Positions 58,898 to 64,000 of a DNA stretch of 64,000 bases are shown piece after piece. Each line of letters opens with the position of its first letter. The first letter of the stretch is position 1. The DNA is taken from the NCBI GenBank assembly GCA_963769935.1, contig CAVYNY010000010.1:320001-384000 (forward strand). Reading direction: 5' to 3'. The notes under the pieces were generated by a model. The model made no database searches and was not told the DNA's origin. It worked only from the letters and a program-made list of their open reading frames with translations. The position numbers were made by a program, and so were the translations under genes. Origin of the DNA: an uncultured delta proteobacterium (lineage in GTDB: Bacteria > Desulfobacterota > Desulfobacteria > Desulfobacterales > JAFDCJ01).

Positions 58898-60208
58898 TTA
58901 AATCGTAACCACTTCCGGCAGGGGTTTTATAAAATTTTGGCGAAGACTGTAGGTATAGGCGCCCTGGTTTGGAATCATCAGAATATCACCGGGTTCAATA
59001 CCCGCCCCCCAATACGCATAGCCCCAGACATCATGCGGGGTGCACAGGGAGCCCAGGACATGGCAGGGCTTTTCATTCATGGCCGGCCGCGTCAGGTTCA
59101 GAATTGGAAAATAGTCGGTCTCGAAGCGTTCCCAGCCGACGGCATTGGTCCCGGCATCGGTTATCACCAGATCCGGGGCCTTTTTATCGACCACTGAAAA
59201 CAGCAGTTGGACGGCATCGTTGCAGACCCAGCGGCCGGGTTCCAGGCATATCCGGCAGGGTGCGACGGCCAACAGATGCCGGTGAATGGCGGTGCTGAGC
59301 CGCTCGGCGAATTCTTCAATGCCGGTCGCCGGCAGGCGATGGTGCGCCGCAACCGGTTCCGTCTGCTGCCCCAAAGCCTCCAGCAGTTTGCCCTCCGGAG
59401 TTCCGGCCGGCTGCAGCCATTCGCCCTGAGACGGCCAGTACCCGCCTCCGATATCGATAAACTCCAGCTGGGAAAGAAACGACGCGGGCATTTCAGCCAG
59501 CACCTTGCCAAGGATGCGGATAAATTCGATCTGGGGAGCGGGTGAAAGGTTCCAGCTGGTGTGAAACTGCAGTCCCAGCAGCCGGACATGCCGGCAGCGG
59601 CTCACCTCATCCCAGAAGGATGACAGCGCTTGGGGGACAATGCCGAATTTGCGCCAGAGGCCGTTCGGATTGACGGTTAAGCGCACCCCGCAGCGGACGC
59701 ACGTGTCGGATTTAGCCGCAAGCGCTTCCAACCGGTGCAGCTCGCCCGGACTGTCCATAAGGACAATGACCCGGTCGGTGTGCGCCAATGCCAGCTGCAG
59801 CTCGGCAGCCGTTTTCCCAGGGCCGCTGAAGACAATGTCCCGGGCACCGATGCCCAACGCCATCTCCAGCTCCAGTCCGCTGGAAACATCCAGCCCAAAG
59901 CCCGCCGCCAGCATTATGCGGGCCACTTCGGGGTGGTTGTTGCTTTTCACGGCATAATAGAATGCAGCCGCAGGCAACAAATTTTCAAAGGCTTTTTTCA
60001 GCTGAGCGGCCCTGCTTTTTAAAATTGCCGATTCCTGAAGATATAAGGGCGCCGGATGATCTTCAATAATATGTAGATAATGATCCCGGCGGTTGAAATG
60101 ATGCTGCACAAACGACCGCAGCTCATCCCAGGGGAACAGGGGGGTCGGATGTTCCGGCATCAGATTCAGCCTGCGAAGCAAATCATATTGATTTTCCGGC
60201 TTTGACAT
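58898..60208 (-). CDS. Fold-type III PLP-dependent decarboxylase (LysA/ODC superfamily, BtrK/SbnH-like)
   Basis: YAVKSN (PLP Lys), SGPGK, KFG, DIGGG, EPGR, GSLCTPHD, GAY. Confidence 0.88.
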   Translation of the reverse strand: MSKPENQYDLLRRLNLMPEHPTPLFPWDELRSFVQHHFNRRDHYLHIIEDHPAPLYLQESAILKSRAAQLKKAFENLLPAAAFYYAVKSNNHPEVARIMLAAGFGLDVSSGLELEMALGIGARDIVFSGPGKTAAELQLALAHTDRVIVLMDSPGELHRLEALAAKSDTCVRCGVRLTVNPNGLWRKFGIVPQALSSFWDEVSRCRHVRLLGLQFHTSWNLSPAPQIEFIRILGKVLAEMPASFLSQLEFIDIGGGYWPSQGEWLQPAGTPEGKLLEALGQQTEPVAAHHRLPATGIEEFAERLSTAIHRHLLAVAPCRICLEPGRWVCNDAVQLLFSVVDKKAPDLVITDAGTNAVGWERFETDYFPILNLTRPAMNEKPCHVLGSLCTPHDVWGYAYWGAGIEPGDILMIPNQGAYTYSLRQNFIKPLPEVVTI

Positions 60209-60212
60209 TAGT

Positions 60213-61478
60213 TCAATCGATCTCCAGGGCGAGCTTTTCGAGAAGCTCCCGGCATTGCGTAGCCGCCTCGCCGACCGCATCCGGCTCAAAGATAATGTGT
60301 CCCAACAGCCACGAATCGTAATCGTCGGGCGGTAGTTTAATTGAATGCCCCGCTTTGCGGATGAGATGGATTTCATGCACCCGGCCATCCTGCCGCAGTC
60401 GATGGGCATCGATTTTTTTTAAAATTCCGCCTTGGCGGGCATGCAGGCGCAAGCCTATAAAAGCATGCAAATCAGATGAATGATTCAAGCGCAGGGGTCG
60501 CCTCTGGGAAAAATCCAGAAAAAGCTTTAATATATCCAGGCCCCGCGACCGGCGTAATAGAAATGGAAGGCAGTCGCCGCCCGGCCGGGGTGCCAGCTCC
60601 AGCAAAACGATCCGGCCCTCGCAGACCATAAAGTCCAGCATGCACAAGGCCCGTTCGAGTCCCAGAGCAGCCGCACTCCGGGAAAGGGTTTGAAGCAAAT
60701 TACGTTCATCAATTTCAGCGGGCAGCGCCGCCGGTAGATAATAGCCCAACGCAGTACCGAACGGTTTCCAGGGAGCGAGGATTTTGCGGGTTAGCCGGAT
60801 AACCTCCACCCGACCGTCTTCTATAATAAAATCACAGCTGTATTCCGAGCCCCCAACACACTCCTCAGCCAGGATGGCAGCATGATCCGCTCGGCAGGAC
60901 TGGTAGAGGCGCTGGACCCGTCGCTGCTCCAAACCGCTTTGAATCTTAAAAAAGCTTTGCTCACATTCGTCAGCACTGTTGCAGCGGAAGATCAATTCAC
61001 TGCCGCTGCCGCTCAACGGTTTTAAAACACAGGCAACGCCCAGTTCCCGGAAATAATTCGCGGCCTCGTTCGCCGATCTGACAAGCCGATTCCTGGGGGT
61101 ATAAAGCCCCTGCTTCTGCCAAAGGGTTTTTGAAAGAAATTTATCCCGGCAGTTTTGGACGGCCCGGACGGATGGGTAGGGCAGCCCGTACTGCTGGGCC
61201 AGAACAGAGGCCAGCTCCATGGATTCACAATCGAAGCTGACGATGCCGCCCAATCGCATATTTTCTTTCAGCAGGTGCCGCTCCAGCAGCTGCCGCGCCC
61301 GGTCGTAGTCGGATAAATCGCACAGGATTTCTTCCGCCGGCATAGGACATGGTTCTTGAGCCTGCCGGCGGACCGCGGGTTCGGTGAGAAACAGGGCCCG
61401 TTCGGGACAACTGCGACGGATCCAGTCGATATAGTCCGGGGTTGTGCCGACAACCAGTACTTTGGTGTTAACCTGCAA
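60213..61478 (-). CDS. ATP-grasp domain protein (putative amide/peptide ligase)
   Basis: CRDKF, VLKPLSGSGS, AEECVGGSEYS, LLELAPRPGGD. Probable TTG start overlaps the upstream stop. Confidence 0.85.
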   Translation of the reverse strand: MQVNTKVLVVGTTPDYIDWIRRSCPERALFLTEPAVRRQAQEPCPMPAEEILCDLSDYDRARQLLERHLLKENMRLGGIVSFDCESMELASVLAQQYGLPYPSVRAVQNCRDKFLSKTLWQKQGLYTPRNRLVRSANEAANYFRELGVACVLKPLSGSGSELIFRCNSADECEQSFFKIQSGLEQRRVQRLYQSCRADHAAILAEECVGGSEYSCDFIIEDGRVEVIRLTRKILAPWKPFGTALGYYLPAALPAEIDERNLLQTLSRSAAALGLERALCMLDFMVCEGRIVLLELAPRPGGDCLPFLLRRSRGLDILKLFLDFSQRRPLRLNHSSDLHAFIGLRLHARQGGILKKIDAHRLRQDGRVHEIHLIRKAGHSIKLPPDDYDSWLLGHIIFEPDAVGEAATQCRELLEKLALEID

Positions 61479-62436
61479 CAGCCGCTCTCCGGTCGATGAC
61501 AACATCCTGCCAGATCTCCTGGGCCGGCAGGTTTCCAATCTTGTATAAAGGCCGCGGCGTTAGATGAAATCTCGTTTTCCAGTTAAAATCTCCGCAAAGG
61601 AAATCGACCTCTTCCAATCTTTGCTGGCAGGCCCATTCGAGATGATGAAAATTGATCAATTTGGCAATGCCGGGAAAATCGGGGTCCGTGCCGCCGGCCA
61701 AAACCGTATAGGTTGAGTTCCAGACGGCCCCGATATCCACGGCGGCCATCCGGCTGCCGATAAGCACCGTGGTGATCCGCAGCAGGTTGTTGGCCTGCAG
61801 CCATGCGGCAAGTTTTTCAAATGCTTTAAAAAAACGCCGATCATTGAAGTAGGAATACTCTTTGAAGCTATCCAGGTTCATGCGAAACATGTGTTCAATG
61901 TCCGCATAGCAATTATACCGATAGGAAAGGCCGCCGGCGGCAAGCCGATTAATTTCATGTTTAATTTTTTTAAGTGATTTGCCCGAAAAGGTCTTTAGGT
62001 ATTGCTGGAAGGAATAATCATATTGTTGCGGAAAAAAAAGATATCCAACTTCATCTAAATCCACCATGGAATCACGCTGAAAAAAAGGAGATCCGGTTAG
62101 ATATCTGATCTTGGCGGTGTCCGGAATGTGGTTTAATAATGCAGATGCCGTCGCAGCATCCTCCGCCAGGATTTTATTTTGTTCCAGCCATGTTTTGCCC
62201 TGCCAGACTTCACCGGGAAAATGACCGAAGCACTGCTCCTCATCAATCCAGCTCAGGGCCAGCATTCCGCAAAATCTGCCATTTTGCCGGGCTACCAGAA
62301 AATAGGGGCTATAATTAAATTGTGATTGAAAACAGGCTCTGACCGGCCAAAGATCAAAGAGGCGCTCTTTGGGCCAATGCCGCTGCCACAGGCTTTTGGC
62401 CTCTTCGAGGTCATTGCAGACACTAATTTTGAACAT
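61468..62436 (-). CDS. GNAT-fold protein (Acetyltransf_6 / CelD-BcsL / FemAB-like)
   Basis: YLKTFSGKSLKKIK..INRL, IAKLINFHHLEWAC, VDFLCGDFNWKTRF. Confidence 0.78.
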   Translation of the reverse strand: MFKISVCNDLEEAKSLWQRHWPKERLFDLWPVRACFQSQFNYSPYFLVARQNGRFCGMLALSWIDEEQCFGHFPGEVWQGKTWLEQNKILAEDAATASALLNHIPDTAKIRYLTGSPFFQRDSMVDLDEVGYLFFPQQYDYSFQQYLKTFSGKSLKKIKHEINRLAAGGLSYRYNCYADIEHMFRMNLDSFKEYSYFNDRRFFKAFEKLAAWLQANNLLRITTVLIGSRMAAVDIGAVWNSTYTVLAGGTDPDFPGIAKLINFHHLEWACQQRLEEVDFLCGDFNWKTRFHLTPRPLYKIGNLPAQEIWQDVVIDRRAAVAG

Positions 62437-62446
62437 AATATGCCTC

Positions 62447-62872
62447 CTACTGCCGCAATGTGACGTTCAAAACACTATGGCTTCCACCGAAATAAAGTTG
62501 GGAAAAACTTTTTGCGATTTCCGGATCGTACGGTTTGCAGCTGAAAACATCCAGGTAAACCGTGTTGGTCTGGTTTGCAAAATGGGCGGATATCAGGGAA
62601 GTTTCGATGAGCTGAACCATGGAGTAGCCGGCCACGCGTTCGTCTTCACCGAAATGCACCACCTGGGTATCGCCGAAACGCTTCATTTCAATTAAATCAC
62701 AAAGCTCAATAACGAACCGCCGAATGGTTTCAGCGCAACGGATTTTATCCGGGTCACAGTCATAGATATCGATGGCGGAGGCTATTCCCCAGACATTTTT
62801 GGCGATGGCTGCCTCCAATATTCCATGGCCAACTGCGCAGGGCGGATTTTCAACCTGTTGTGAAATTTGCAT
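62447..62872 (-). CDS. speD: S-adenosylmethionine decarboxylase-like pyruvoyl proenzyme
   Basis: DIYDCD, HFG, GYSMVQLIETSLISAHF, YLDVFSCK; AGGAG RBS. Confidence 0.82.
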   Translation of the reverse strand: MQISQQVENPPCAVGHGILEAAIAKNVWGIASAIDIYDCDPDKIRCAETIRRFVIELCDLIEMKRFGDTQVVHFGEDERVAGYSMVQLIETSLISAHFANQTNTVYLDVFSCKPYDPEIAKSFSQLYFGGSHSVLNVTLRQ

Positions 62873-62991
62873 TATTTATCATTCCTCCTATAATCGGTGT
62901 TGCTGCTTTTTCAGTCATCTGCTAGATTGTTTGAGAATAAGATGTATGGAACCGGGTGCTTTAATTTTTCCGGATAGACTTTGCACCCTGC

Positions 62992-63007
62992 AGCATATTT
63001 CATGCCA
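62992..63007 (-). promoter_or_regulatory. Sigma54 (-24/-12) promoter of the speD-like operon
   Basis: Minus strand reads TGGCATGAAATATGCT, with GG and GC at consensus spacing, about 120 bp upstream of the ATG; a divergent activator gene is adjacent. Confidence 0.75.
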
Positions 63008-63272
63008 TATTGTTGGTAGTTTCATAACCTCCTTATATATTGGATTATTTCCGGTTTGGGGAAATATATCCAGTTTGGAAGTTGCCACTATTTTAGTATT
63101 ATAATACCGTTTTTAGTTGAAATATGAAAAATAATACCATAAAAAGCGTTTGTGAATTTTTGGGGCTGGAGAACTTGCCCGCAATCCTGGTTGACAAATG
63201 CTTTTTTAAATTAATTATAAATGATTACTGTAAGTTATCATGACAGCCGGTTAATTTGCGAATCGTCGGTAA

Positions 63273-63292
63273 AACGGTATTTAATTACCGTT
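63273..63292. promoter_or_regulatory. Candidate regulator-binding palindrome AACGGTA-N6-TACCGTT
   Basis: Perfect 7-bp arms; an extra half-site TACCGTT at 63105-63111. Confidence 0.4.
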
Positions 63293-63362
63293 CTTAGTGC
63301 CCGCTCAAGTTGGCTTCAACGGCTGCCAAAGGGAATATTTTTCCGCTCCCAAGGAGGTTGTG

Positions 63363-64000
63363 ATGCTCATTCGTTTAGGTTTGGCAATTAAGGACAAGAG
63401 CCTGCGGCGGGAACTGTTGCACAAGTTGTCCGAATCCGATGTCCGGGTTGAAACCTTCGGCCCTTTGCGGTCGGTATGGCAACAAGTGGTGCGCAGCGGA
63501 TGCGATGTAATCGTTATCAGCGAATCGCTTATCATTCGGCCGATCGATACCGGTATTGAAATACTCAATGAATTGCCTGAAAACCCCACGATCGTCATTA
63601 TTCATGACAGTGATTCGTCCGAAGAACATGCCCTGCTGGCCGCCGCCGGCGCCGACGTCGTTCTTTATGCCGGCATTTCAAAAAAAAGCATGATCGAGGC
63701 CGTTGAAACAGCGTTGGAATCCCGCCGCCAATTTATTCAAAGGAGACGGTACGATCGCCGGGGGCAGACGGATCCTAAAATCTCCGATTTCGTTTCAGAA
63801 AGCCAGGCCATGCAGGTTTTCATGGAAGATGTCCATCAGGTGATTCGCAGCGACTCGCCCATACTGCTGGTGGGGGAAACCGGCGTTGGCAAGGAACATC
63901 TGGCCAAAGCCATTCATGCCGGGAGTCCGCGCTCAACCGGACCCTTTGTCTCGATCAATACGGCGGCCATGCCCGAACAACTGCTCGAAAGCGAGTTATT
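63363..64000 (+). CDS. Sigma54-dependent enhancer-binding protein with an atypical receiver domain (3' end outside window)
   Basis: Not in the ORF track. Manual translation MLIRLGLAIKD..CDVIVISE..ESQAM..ILLVGETGVGKEHLAKAIH..PFVSINTAAMPEQLLESEL; AGGAGG RBS. Confidence 0.92.
   Translation, partial: MLIRLGLAIKDKSLRRELLHKLSESDVRVETFGPLRSVWQQVVRSGCDVIVISESLIIRPIDTGIEILNELPENPTIVIIHDSDSSEEHALLAAAGADVVLYAGISKKSMIEAVETALESRRQFIQRRRYDRRGQTDPKISDFVSESQAMQVFMEDVHQVIRSDSPILLVGETGVGKEHLAKAIHAGSPRSTGPFVSINTAAMPEQLLESEL

Noticed and set aside
58898..60208. Calling the decarboxylase lysA because dapL is in the window
   Set aside because: It is about 34 kb from dapL, its motifs differ from LysA, and its operon context is unrelated.
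63191..63221. Sigma70 promoter for the activator gene
   Set aside because: TTGACA is present, but no good -10 box lies at 16-18 bp spacing in this AT-rich region.

Overview
Bacterial chromosomal window. Gene content (multiheme cytochromes, dapL, a sigma54 activator, short-period intergenic palindromes) suggests an anaerobic deltaproteobacterium-like (Desulfobacterota) organism; this is inference only. No rRNA, tRNA, CRISPR array, transposase or phage gene was recognised. Main blocks: (1) proC, cupin, MFS transporter and class V aminotransferase; (2) four exported proteases of four families (S1C, M16, S41, S10), then a deleted phosphoketolase relic, glgP, a lipoprotein and a multi-PDZ RseP; (3) an orphan PAS kinase, OprB porin, MBL hydrolase and dapL; (4) a four-gene membrane cytochrome operon (8-heme c, cytochrome b, 3-heme c, and an 11-heme fusion paralogue of the first and third genes); (5) a sugar ABC / two Gfo-Idh-MocA / SIS / ROK catabolic locus; (6) repair and efflux genes plus class III cyclase-TPR genes; (7) an MlaF-like ATPase fused to a degenerate GGDEF domain, a DctM relic and a frameshifted acyl-CoA ligase; (8) a four-gene candidate biosynthetic operon (SpeD-like pyruvoyl decarboxylase, GNAT-fold protein, ATP-grasp ligase, BtrK/SbnH-type PLP decarboxylase) with a -24/-12 sigma54 promoter and a divergent pseudo-receiver activator. 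Blocks 8 and 4 are the best candidates for undescribed systems. All calls come from reading motifs by eye; no database searches were run.
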